64,000 nucleotides of DNA, taken from NCBI GenBank assembly GCA_040285855.1, contig JAUFOQ010000002.1:2046001-2110000 (forward strand). Direction: 5' to 3'. Shown here piece by piece: positions 52,282 through 63,325 of this stretch. The position numbers were made by a program, and so were the translations under genes. Below the pieces are notes generated by a model. The model worked only from the letters and a program-made list of their open reading frames with translations, was not told the DNA's origin and did not search any database. The DNA comes from Eukaryota sp. GEM-RC1 (lineage: Eukaryota). The first letter of the stretch is position 1; the number at the start of each line of letters is the position of its first letter.

Positions 52282-53153
52282 ATAAATCAAATCCATTTGG
52301 CGATCTGATCCTCAGATCCCCTAAGACTGCTACAAAGCTTCATGGCAAACACTCTGGCCCATTCCTGGTCATCGAGACCCCTTCACCATGATCCTGGAAA
52401 ATCAAGAATCTTGTATCTGGCGTTGAATCCCAAGCCAGTATACATCAATGTAAGCTGTACAACTCCGAATAAAAATATAATATAATATGATATTCCATCT
52501 AACCATGATATACATCAACAAGTTGCAGCAGGTGATAAGGAAGAACATGTCATCATCCAAGTATTGGAACAGTTCCACTCACACGAAGGAGTTCTGTTCT
52601 GTGGTATGGCGGTGATATCACGACAGTTGCTTCTTCTAGCATTAAAAAGACTAAAGCCTATGTCGAGCTCATGAAAAATAACTCGAAGAAGGAGAAGAAG
52701 TAGTGTAGATATATAATAGCTATTAGAGCAATCATAAATCATCTTAATTTCACTCCATACTTTCGTATGTCTTCTAACACAAAGCATCACTAAGACTAAA
52801 TCCAAACGACTTCATCCCTACCTGGTAAAAGATTACGTTTTTCAACATTAACTTTCACACCAAACTTGTACAATTTCTTTTTGGGTACCTTTTTGGGTAC
52901 CGAATAAAGTTTCAAATTTGTCAACTAATCGAGAGAAATAGAAAGGCATATTCCCATATTTGGAAAACACAATGTGAAAACAACAATGTTAGTGGAGATG
53001 TATATCTACAAAAACAGCATTTAACAGAACAGCTGTTGATGTTTGGGTTTGTCTTTAATTCTTTTGAGTCAGAGTTAAGTCTTGAGAGTTCAGTTCTTTT
53101 TGGTCTAGTTGCTCACAAAATTTCCAAACTTGCATCATCTACACCTTTATACT

Positions 53154-54819
53154 ATGACGAGTAATTGTACTATCAGTGAACGACCAAACATCATCACTGA
53201 AAACATAGATCTTGCAGACTGTGAGACCTTTATCTCATTATTGTCTAAAGTTGATCAACAACTGTTTAATGGTTATGATGACTATGATTCATCATTATCT
53301 GATGGCGTTATCCGCAAACTTTCTGCTGTGGCCTCACAATTACATCAAGTTCTAGCCCAAAACGGCGTGGTAGCCATGGCTGGTGCTGGAACTTCAGGAC
53401 GTCTTGCTCATATGCTCTGCAGACATGGTAATGATATGCTTCTTTCTCGCTCTCTCCCTGGACACTTTGAACCCCTTGTTGCTGGTGGTCTAGCAGCTCT
53501 CATTTCAGCACAAGAAGGTGCGGAAGACTCTCCTATCCTTGCTTCAAACGATCTCCAAAACCTCCTCGATCAATACCCCTCAGTCCCAATGCTCTACATT
53601 GGTATCACGTGTGGTCTTTCAGCTCCTTATGTAGGCGCTCAAGTCCACAAATGTCTCTCTCTACCCAATGTCTTCCCTGTTGTTGTTGGTTTCAGCCCTG
53701 TACAGTTAGCTCGTGCTGCACCCATTCCAAATTGGGAGACCACCTTCAAAGAAGTTCTTAAGGAGATGGTAGAGAAGGGTGGAATTGCCCTCACCCCAGT
53801 TGTTGGTCCTGGAAGCAATTACGGGAAGTACAAGAATGAAGGGTGGAACTGCCACTCTTTTCTTAATTGGAGTTATACTTGAAGGAGGAATTTCAGGAGA
53901 AATGGGTACGACTGATATCTATCACTCATTGATTAAGATTAGAGACAGTATCAGCTCACTTTATCAAACTCTTTCCAAATCGGAGTTCATCACGTCAGCA
54001 ATGCGTAATGCCACGTCAGCGTTACGAAACAACCAACGTATTCTATATCTTGGTTCTAATTACTCTGGACAAGTTGGAGTAATTGATTCTTCAGAGTGTC
54101 CGCCAACCTTTGGTGCTGAATTCAGGGACGTTCAGTCGTATTTATACGAAGGCTGGAAGTGCTTAGGAGTAGATGAAGATAGTTTGCCAGATGAAAGAAT
54201 GTATAAGATTGGATATGATTATTTTAAAAGTTCAATTGAAGTGCAAGAATTTGATTTTGTTGTTGGTTTGTCGATTAATGGTGACTTGCCTGAAGAGATT
54301 CAATCATTTTTGATTGAGGATCTACAATGTGAAAAGGTTGTTATTAATGTTCATGATCTGGAACAGGACGGTCTCGTTCTAGATAATGTCAAGGTTTTGA
54401 ATATTCCTGTTAATCAATCGTTTTTGACCTCTGTGATTGCACTCAAGTTGACAGTCAATTTGATTTCTACGAGTGCCCATGTCTTTATTGGGAAAGTGTT
54501 CTCCAATAGAATGGTTGATCTCAAGTTGTCCAATACTAAGCTGGTAACCAGAGCTGCAGTCACTCTTTCGAAAATTTTAAATATTTCATATGACGAGGCT
54601 CGTCAATTTGTTCTTCAATCAGTATATGAAGGAAACTATCAGTTTGATCCATCAAAATCTGATTTGGATCACGTTGATGCTGCTGCTGGTAGACAGTTTA
54701 TTGTGCCAAAAGCTATTCTTTTAGGGTTAGGGTTCAGTTACTCTGAAGCTGAGTCTGTGGTTTTAAAGTCAGTTGACTCTGGGGAACCTATAAGGTCAGT
54801 TATTGCATCTAGGTTGTAG
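53154..54819 (+). CDS. Glucokinase regulatory protein / MurQ-family double-SIS protein, one apparent frameshift at ~53811
   Basis: SERPNIITENID, GAGTSGRLA, AQEGAED, GITCGLSAPYV, GPEAITGSTRMKGGTAT (after removing one G), DSSECPPTFG, GKVFSNRMVDLKLSNTKL. Confidence 0.9.
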
Positions 54820-55684
54820 TAATTGGGGTAGTTGTTGTAGTTTTTTCTGTCATTTTTGATGTTTGCTGTTTATTACAATACATTAAAATGCTATCGATAC
54901 TTTTACATCCCCATTTTCAGTTGATCAGTTCTCATAGTTCAGGGCTCGATTCATATCCACTGTTAGATTGTTTGGATGACCCACATATAGTTTGTTCTGC
55001 TTAGGTTTGATTGATACATATTTGTTATTGTACAGATGGGCACGCTGAGGTTTACCTATATAGCGTAAAACGGTTATAGCGTTCGACCATTTAGTGACGC
55101 TATAGACATAGTCGACTGTATGCACTCAAATTCTGTTGTCAAAGATAATTACTTGTCAAGTGGTCTATAGATACATGTATAACTGATGCTTGGGAGTGTT
55201 GTTCAGTTTATCCATGAACCAATAATGCAATTACACAATAAAATTAATTTATAGAAGGGTTTTTTTCACAGAAGCTGATTGTCGTAAATTTCAAAGAATA
55301 TTGACAAGAGTATATCGGTGGATTTTGGAACCGATTCAGATTATCCTAATTCACAATTGATTTTAAGTAGTGCAATACTTACAAGTTGAGTTCCAAAATA
55401 CTATAAATTGGATGAATCCGATAGAAAAACAGCGGATCAAAAGTAACAGAATTTAACAAACATTATCCATCTCAAAATTCAAAAAACCATAAATCAATCC
55501 AACTGACATACCAATGACAATCAATTGCATTTGAAGAAGCCATAAACGACATTGATATTTTTGCACATCTCGCCATAAAATATAAATGAGCAGAACAATT
55601 ATCATGATAGCAAAACAAGTACAAATACCAACTGAACAGATTAACTAAAACAATGACAACACGTGTCGACACGTCATCATGGAA

Positions 55685-56824
55685 TCATTGAAAGGGATTG
55701 AACTCGTCATGATCGACGGAAGAATTGCTGCCAGAAAATGAACAAAACGAAAGAACATCTGGATAGAAATCAGAAGCAAATTGTTGAAAGTTGAGAGAAA
55801 AAGTCTTCTGCAAGAGGTTAACGATGAAAACAAAACCATCATTTGAAATAACAAAACCCGGAAAATTTGAAAATTCTTCAAAAATAATAGATTTCAACTC
55901 ATCGACAGTAAGGTTTCTCACCGCCTCTTGACTGAAATTCAACACAAACCGATCAAAGATTAATCTAGCAAGTTGATAAACCCATGTACAAGTATCAAAA
56001 CATTGTTCTTCTTTTAAATTGTCAGTATTATTTGAAGAATTGAAAAACTCCAATGAATAGAGATCACTCACGACAGCTAAATGATTGTTCTTTGACAATT
56101 TCCTCAGAGTTAAATTCGACAAATCGATTGAAATTTGAGGATTTTGAAGAACAAGTGGAACCTTCTTTTGATATTTTGACTTTTTTGGTTTAGTTTTAGC
56201 TTTTGTTTTACGACTACTTGACTCAACCTCAACCACCTCCATTTCATCACTGAAGCCTTCTTCATCAACACTTAGAACTGGTGACACAGCATCAATGACA
56301 TCATCAACCACGTCATCATTATCAGGAACAAACTCGTCCTCGCTTCCAGAAACAGAAGCCTTTTTGGTAAAAGAAAGCTTAGTCTGACGATATCTACTTC
56401 TACGAGTGGGAGCAACACGAGTTTTAGAAGGTTTGTCAGCTTTTGAAGACTTAAAAGGAGAGATGATGTTTTGAGCCTTCGGTATCCAATACTTTCCTTC
56501 AGATTTGGATATAGAGTAGATGTCGAGTGACTTGTGGTAGTAACTCATGGGGTTGCTGTAAACAAGTTTAAGATCTTGGATACAATGCTTTGGATCTAGG
56601 TAATACCCGTTAGAAAGACGTTTTTGAATGGAATGGAGATCCATTGGGGATTCAACGTGAGAGAAATAGTCTTCAGGAACAGGGTAGTCTGCATCTAGTA
56701 AATCTGTGAATAGATAACCATAAGTGGAAGAAATTATAGATGTTACCAACTGCAAAAGTTCTGCAATGATAGGATGAAAACTAGGTTTTAAGCCGAAGAT
56801 GCGTCCATGTGTTAATGGAAGCAT
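55685..56824 (-). CDS. Bromodomain-containing protein
   Basis: DYFSHVESPMDLHSIQKRLSNGYY...DLKLVYSNPMSYY, followed by basic and acidic low-complexity regions. Confidence 0.8.
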   Translation of the reverse strand: MLPLTHGRIFGLKPSFHPIIAELLQLVTSIISSTYGYLFTDLLDADYPVPEDYFSHVESPMDLHSIQKRLSNGYYLDPKHCIQDLKLVYSNPMSYYHKSLDIYSISKSEGKYWIPKAQNIISPFKSSKADKPSKTRVAPTRRSRYRQTKLSFTKKASVSGSEDEFVPDNDDVVDDVIDAVSPVLSVDEEGFSDEMEVVEVESSSRKTKAKTKPKKSKYQKKVPLVLQNPQISIDLSNLTLRKLSKNNHLAVVSDLYSLEFFNSSNNTDNLKEEQCFDTCTWVYQLARLIFDRFVLNFSQEAVRNLTVDELKSIIFEEFSNFPGFVISNDGFVFIVNLLQKTFSLNFQQFASDFYPDVLSFCSFSGSNSSVDHDEFNPFQ

Positions 56825-57022
56825 TTAGTATTTAACAGAAATCAGACAATGGTCAATGGTGTTGAATTCAACTCACTGTTCCACAGCTTTGTTGGATCTC
56901 TCGTCTTCGTTCCCCTTTATCAATTCAAGATCTTTGAATCAGTATTCTTACTAATATCTCTTGTGTGTGATATGCAATTCGGATATCAGTTTCCATTGAA
57001 GCCTTCTTCTTGATCTCACTCG

Positions 57023-57731
57023 ATGTTGACTAAAGTAATAGAGCTATCTGTATTTCACTTATCAGTTCTTGTGTTACTATACTGTTACAAACTTAAAAGC
57101 CCAACTAAAGAAGTAAAACGCAAGTTGATTCACATGCTGGAAACACTCTATCCTACGCTATATCTTTGTTTGGATAAATACACTATGATCTGTGTCTTGA
57201 ATGCTTTGACATTTGGACTGTTACTGTTCGAAACCTTGCGCTACTGTATTTCATTCATCTTATCCTCTAACCACAGTTTTCCCTACATTTAATTTGATTT
57301 TCCTGAGGAGTCTTTCAAGCACCAGACGTCGGTCGGAAAAATATAAATCAACGGGGTTCTTCTACTACACCCTCTCATCCTTAGTTATTACCTTTTTGTT
57401 CTCAAAACAAGCAGCCGTTGTTGGTCAACTTGTAGCTGTTTACGGTGACTTAGCTGCAGCGCTGGTAGGATCTTCTGTCCGCTCTCCTCTGATTAGAATA
57501 GATGGTAAGTCTGTAGAAGGCTTTCTTGCTTGTGTAGTAGTAAGTACTGCAGTTGCTCTCAGTTTAATGTTGTATGTCGTATCAGTAGAAGTTGAGAATG
57601 TCTTTTATCTTTCTGTTATTATTGGTGTTTCCTCCTCTCTAGTGGAACTTCTGGGTAGTACTTTGATTGATGATAATTTCTTGATGCCTGTCGTGTGTTC
57701 TTTTGTTACTGATTGGTTGTTGTTTAAGTAA
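57023..57731 (+). CDS. CTP-dependent lipid kinase (Dgk1 / phytol / dolichol kinase family), one frameshift at ~57280
   Basis: EVKRKLIHML, TGFFYY, YGDLAAALVG, GKSVEGFLAC, DDNFLMPV; multiple TM segments. Confidence 0.85.
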
Positions 57732-58130
57732 GGTGATTGAGAATTGTTTATATTTTTCATCTATTATTCTAGTTGCTTGTGAGTTGTTTTGTTGTATGAG
57801 ACCAATTCCGAACCATCTGTGTCGAATAACTTTCTGTTACTGAATACAGTTTCTTGAATGTAGATACTGTACATAGGATTTTACTGTATGTTAACGAAAA
57901 CAAAAGTACATAATTTAATAGTACCTGAATATTTTTTACACTTACGTGTTTCAGTTCGGAACTGTCATTGTTATGTCACACTTAGGATAGTGTCTCAGAA
58001 ACAGAAGGTATCCCTAAGCAAAAAGAAGGGTAGAACAACAGTATCATTACTTCGAGGGAAGACTGCAAAGTAGCAGATCAAACAAATTTCAATTGTTCTG
58101 TAGGTATTTCATTTGTTGCGTCTTCATCTG

Positions 58131-58833
58131 GAATCTACAGCATTCAGAGTATTTAGTCTGGATAAACAATTAGTCTGGACTTTAATTAGACCGGTATAGA
58201 CTACAATGTAATTCAAATTTGGATTTCTTTCAAAAGGTCATTTTTTTACAACAATTACATGTAGTCCGGTTCTCACAAAAGTTGTAAACACAATACACTA
58301 CAAAGCTACATATGTATTACAAACGAAAGACATGATAGAGAGTGAACTGTGTGCACTAAATGGAAAACTATAGAACAGGGAAACAAAACTTTTTGGAATT
58401 GGCGGAAGACTTTGAGAGAAGTAAACGATACAAACTGATTAACATCTTCTCGTAAAACATCGACTCTTTGTGGGTTGTCGTTAAATTCAGACGGAATGCG
58501 GGAAACAAGACTGTTGAAACCAGAGCATTCATATCCAAGTATCTAAAAGAATTTGCACAAAGGATCCCAGACACAGTTTCTGACAGTGATTGGGTTTACG
58601 GTAAATGTACAAGTAGTCAAGTGTTTCATAGTGTTTTTGTTACTACAAGTTGATGCAGATTAATCCTTTTTGACTGAATATAGTCTGGTCCAGATTAAGT
58701 CTTTTTTATATTCAATAGTCTGGACTGAATATAACCAGACTAATTAAAGTTTTGAGGCTCAAAAATTTGAGCTATAAATATCACACAAGATGTTAGTCTG
58801 GTCCAGACTAAATACTCTGAATATTGTAGATTC
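58131..58833. mobile_element. MITE-like element with inverted ends
   Basis: Perfect 21-bp inverted repeat at 58142-58162 / 58802-58822, extending imperfectly to ~32 bp. AGTCTGG subterminal repeats. Confidence 0.75.
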
Positions 58834-58864
58834 TGTGGGAAATTCAAAATTGACTTTTTTCTCA

Positions 58865-61124
58865 ATGAAACCTCTTCCGAACTGGATTCCATTTTTAACT
58901 GATGGATCACATCAAAATGTTCGACGTGCTCTTAAGACGCGGTCATTGAGTCCTAATAAAGGGGAGCCTTTGTACATCGTAGTTAGTACTCATTCTTTTC
59001 GCCAATTTCTCACGGAACAACTGATCCCTGATTTCGCCGATGGGCACTCCGCTGCTGCTGTGATCAAATTATTCCATAATTTCTTCACTGTATTCAATCA
59101 ATGCAACGTCTATTTCGTTTTCTACCACACCCATTCATTGTTTAAACCCCATTATTCGTCCGATGTAGATGTTGAGGCTCACGACAGTGGCTCCGGTAAT
59201 ATCAATATCCCACAGAAGCTTCCCACCGCTTTCCTCATGGATGTCTACATGCTTTGGAGCGCTCTAGCTGTGAACGATCCCAATACACAACACGCTAACA
59301 AGGTCCAATTCATTCCCAGAGGAAATTTGAACCACCACATCGCCAAAGAGGTTCAACAGAATGAATCTTATGCTGCGTTCTCCCCCGGATTTCAATTTTT
59401 CTTTCATCAACATTGCAGAGCTGTATTCTTCAAGATTGGGTCTCTAAAATCCTTGTATGATCAGTTGTGTGCAGGCAGAGAGGCATCTTTCTGGATCTTT
59501 GATCAAACGCGGTTTCTCTCCTTTGATAAGATCGTTGCATTCCTTACGATCAATCATTCTGGATCTCGAGAACTTTGGGATGAAGTTAAATCTGCTTCCA
59601 AACGGCCTAGTACCTACTCTTATGTTGACATTGTGAATTACCTTGAATCCGATGATGACAATTTGACCAAATGGAATGAATTTCTAGCTAATAATCCTGA
59701 TGAAGCCGCTGAAGCTTCTGAAGTGCATAGGGTCTACGCGATTCCCAATGACCTTTTCGAACCTGTCACGTTTACTAATCCTTTAGATGTTGATACGCTT
59801 CTGCATTACAAAATTCAGCCAAAGAATGAACTTGTTGAACCTCTCTTTGACATGGACATGAAGTTCTTCGATCTTCCAGGTGCACGTCGTCACTACGGTG
59901 TCATCCTCAAGTACGCCGTGCCTTCAATTCAGTTTCTTAGAAGTGTTCACCACGTTCGTCAGTCTAATGAGAATTTTCCAATATCTGACGAGTGTCAAAA
60001 CTTTTTTGATTTAGTGCTTGCCCCTGAACATCGCCAGTTGTTACTAGAAGGATCCAGGTCTCCTGTTGAAATGCTCTTATCCATCATTGAAAGTTTTAGT
60101 AACCACCCCAATGGAAATGAGTGGTCTACTCCAGATATCCATTCATCTTGGATTCAGTTATTTGAAGAAGTAAGTGAGGTTGAGAATACCGTATTTTTGT
60201 TGTTTCTTGTCATTCGTTACTTTAATCAACGACGATTGTTCTTAGATGGAGTTTGTGAAACCTCCCCAAAAGTCAGTTTCGTGGATGTTGTTCTCATGGC
60301 AATATCTTTCACTTTTCCTTTAGGTGGTTATTCATTTGGTGAAGCTGGCAGAGACAAGTATTACGACTCTGTTGTTGGTTCCAAAGATAACTACAAATTT
60401 CCAGCACTTTTAAGTGCTGTCACGAATTACTTCATCAATTTGTTTGATACATTTGAATTTTCTAATGTATCACGACATTTGGCTCTCTTCAATAGTAGAA
60501 TCTTTGTTTTCCTTTCAGAAATCTTGAGTATGCCTCCTTCAACTGTTGTTTCTACTGAATCTGAAGTACTTTCCGTTTTGGAAACAAAGAATTGGCAATT
60601 CATTTGAAAACAAGTTGTTGTCTTCACTATTAGAGTTTGCGTGTTTACCTAACTTATCAGAACCTGCTTCTGAGTCGACTTTCAATCAATCTATTTTGAT
60701 TGAATTGACTAATGATTACTCTAACCTTATTGATAGTTCTCTCGGTGGGACTGTCATTCCCAAGCTTCCAATTCCGCGTCCTCTTGTTGGAAATCTTCAG
60801 AAACATTTAGTGAAACGGTGTGTTGAGGTGTTGAATTTCAATGAGCACCAGGAACCTCTCTTCATTGCCATTCGTTGTTTTGATAAGCTCTGTGATTGGC
60901 ACGATGTCGAAACTGTTTGTCAGCTATTTCTGAGCAATGGAGCTTCCAAACGCGATCTTGAACAGCTTCAGGATATGTATTTCCAGAAAAAGGAACTTTG
61001 CATGGTCAAAATCGTTCCAGAACTGCCAAAAGAATCCAATCTTTTATTTCACCTTCTTTTGAACGACGTGATAAGCCACGAACAGGCAGAAGATATTAGC
61101 TCAACTGTATGTGTTAACTTTTGA
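58865..61124 (+). CDS. Divergent ASTE1/FAM120-like PIN-fold protein, one frameshift at ~60590
   Basis: Motif order resembles XPG-like PIN (YIVVSTHSF; FFTVFNQCNVYFVFY; GNLNHHIAKEVQQNESYAAFSPGFQFFF), but the catalytic acidic residues are absent. The upstream ATG at 58790 lies within the MITE. Confidence 0.5.
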
Positions 61125-61530
61125 TATATAAACTGTGTATTATTAAAATCTTCGATGGTGTTGCAATAAACTACAAAAAAGGAATCAACAGGTCATTCGC
61201 TCAAAATTCCATACAACAATCAAAAATGATAATGTCTACGCCAGTATACATTGTTAGTAACCTTGTTATTTTCTGAAAGAATTGAAACAGGTCAGTGTAC
61301 ACCATGATTAGAGCTACTACTGTTAAGAATAAAGATATTTTACTTGAAAGAACATAAGAAAAGCATATACGTAGCAAATTCATTGTAACAGACCTCTTCT
61401 ACCTGGAAACAAATAAAACTCATCACTTGTGAGACAAGAAAACTAAACATTCATCTATAAAATAGATTGGCCTAATAGATCTGAAAAGATCATTTCAAAA
61501 ACAGTTATCAATGAGAAAGACAATAATCTT

Positions 61531-62382
61531 TTACGACAACTGGGTAGTTATTTGACGATAAACATTAAGTTCCAGTAAGTCCTTCGGTTCAAACCCCAGT
61601 TCTAAGGCTAGATTCACTCCTTTTCTGATATTATCCTCAGAAACTGTTATAAACTCCTTATCTAAAGCAGACAGAACGTTTCTAATGTAGGCCATATTCC
61701 TCAACAAAGCAGGTGTCTGTTCAACCTCAAGAGCAAACCCATAGAAATGATAGTGTCCTCTGCCGGCAAACCCAACTCCTTGTAATGCTGAGTTCTTTTG
61801 TTCTTCAGTGATGAGAGGACCGATCCAAACGAAGCCATTCCTTCCTAGAACTACTTCTAGTGACAGTTCTTCAAAGGTGATGAGCTGGATGGGAGATCTC
61901 TTTATGAGGGAGGGATGAACTTTGCAGAAGACACCATTGTCTAACTTACCATATCGTCTTCTAGCATGTAGTGCGAGGGAGCCATCGTGGAAGATTTGTT
62001 GGACTTCGGCAGTAATTAGGTTGCCTTCAGTGTAGAATTTTCTCATGTTGAGTTCATCAAGAGCCGATCTACGACGTACTTCGGAAGAAGGGAGATTAAT
62101 TGCTGAGAGCATGAGAACAGCATGTTGTCTTGCTCCCACATCTACTTTCCACCTTCGATTTGCCACTTCAACAACTCTTCCCACTACAATGTCTCCAACA
62201 TCGCCTCTATAGCGAGATTTATAGGGTTGAACAGAGATAAGTTTGTTAAGTCTTTGTACAACACCAGTAAGTGCAGCAGTTAAATGATTGTCTTTCAGAT
62301 TAGTACCATGACCTCTAAGATAGTCTTCTTCTGTGGTAATTAAGTCACCAGGAGTAACGATGATGTGAGAAGAATCAGTCAT
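61531..62382 (-). CDS. RRP4: Exosome complex component RRP4
   Basis: VTPGDLIT..YLRGHGT, RYRGDVGDIVVGRV, LSAINLP..RRRSALDELNMR, VVLGRNGFVWI. Confidence 0.97.
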   Translation of the reverse strand: MTDSSHIIVTPGDLITTEEDYLRGHGTNLKDNHLTAALTGVVQRLNKLISVQPYKSRYRGDVGDIVVGRVVEVANRRWKVDVGARQHAVLMLSAINLPSSEVRRRSALDELNMRKFYTEGNLITAEVQQIFHDGSLALHARRRYGKLDNGVFCKVHPSLIKRSPIQLITFEELSLEVVLGRNGFVWIGPLITEEQKNSALQGVGFAGRGHYHFYGFALEVEQTPALLRNMAYIRNVLSALDKEFITVSEDNIRKGVNLALELGFEPKDLLELNVYRQITTQLS

Positions 62383-62737
62383 AAGAGAAGTTTATATAAC
62401 AAAATTTTTCCAGCAAATCCCTTGTCTCTAAATCATGTCCATTCTGCTATTCCATCACAGAAACCAGCATGTGTTTGTCATTAGTGTCTAGATCTTCGTT
62501 AATCAAAACTCCTTGATCTACCCTTCTTAGTCATCTTGTTATCATCTAATCCAAACGACAATTTTGTTTTCTTTCTGCTCAATCTTGACCCCTGCCATTT
62601 TCTGTCAATTAATAATGGTTCCTCAATGAAGATATCTCCTGTTTGTCACGTTATCTTTTCCAACTAAGTTAGAAATCTACTAAGGTCCAAGTCAAACTCT
62701 CGTTCTTTCCCGGCATTCAAATATTAGTCCAATCACA

Positions 62738-63325
62738 ATGAAACTTCTACTCGGATTCCTTGTCCTGACCTCTATTGCTGTTGCATTAACTGATCCATCA
62801 CGAGATTGTACCCTGTGTCATCGAACAATTAATGGAATTGTTCCCTCACACGTCAGAAACATGCACTTTGCTCAAGTATGTCTTTTAACTTCTTTTCTTT
62901 AACCCTAGTTCTTCATGAACATGGCTTGTGATAGAATAATGGATCTCTCCGCCTCCTCCAGACAAACATGTAAAGACTTTATCCAGAAGAACCAGAACAA
63001 TCTAATGAGTTGGGTAGAGAACAAGACCGCGGCTGACGAGATTTGTAATCACATGGGTAAGTGTGTTACTCCAGGAGAGGAGACAGATTGTGATATCTGC
63101 CTTAGAACTGCAGGTAAGTTAGCTGAGATTATTCCAAGTATTTTGACTAAGGAGAAGTATGATGGTTTAGCCAAGGAGTTCTGTAAGACTTATGCATCTG
63201 CTTTGGATGTTAGTAATGATGAATGTCTTCATTTTATGGATAATGCTTCTTCAGGATTTTTACAGACAATTAATGAAGAAGGCTTCCCTCAGTTGTTCTG
63301 TTCACAGTTAGAGTTTTGTCATTAG
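62738..63325 (+). CDS. Secreted/lysosomal saposin-like protein with two SapB domains; one intron at 62876-62908
   Basis: Signal peptide MKLLLGFLVLTSIAVA. CTLC...C...C...C...C and CDIC...C...C...C...C six-cysteine patterns. Splicing restores a continuous ORF. Confidence 0.88.
62876..62908 (+). other. 33-nt spliceosomal intron
   Basis: GTATGT donor, TTTAACCCTAG branch/acceptor; contains an in-frame TAA. Confidence 0.88.

Larger units (their letters stand above)
49700..52670 (+). pseudogene. Retroviral-type integrase (HHCC, DDE, GPF, probable chromodomain), interrupted by a MULE
   Basis: HGLVQSGH...WPNM...CPSCQK; ADTIGP..VFVDFLSRF..YSDNGPEF..SNGPVER. After the MULE: KLHGKHSGPF and EEHVIIQVL..WYGGD. 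Confidence 0.85.
48622..52789 (+). mobile_element. Ty3/gypsy-type LTR retrotransposon, internally deleted (no RT seen)
   Basis: 86-bp direct LTRs TG...CA at 48622-48707 and 52704-52789. 4-bp TSD CTAA. Polypurine tract GAAGAAGGAGAAGAAG before the 3' LTR. Integrase remnants inside. Confidence 0.92.
48548..52911 (-). mobile_element. 3'-terminal fragment of the RLE non-LTR family, split by the LTR element
   Basis: 48548-48621 plus 52790-52878 together are the reverse complement of ~27999-28150. Confidence 0.8.

Noticed and set aside
55472..55687. TGA readthrough or alternative genetic code extending the bromodomain ORF
   Set aside because: Conserved genes end properly at TAA/TAG, Trp is encoded by TGG in conserved motifs, and the in-frame extension has no recognisable features.
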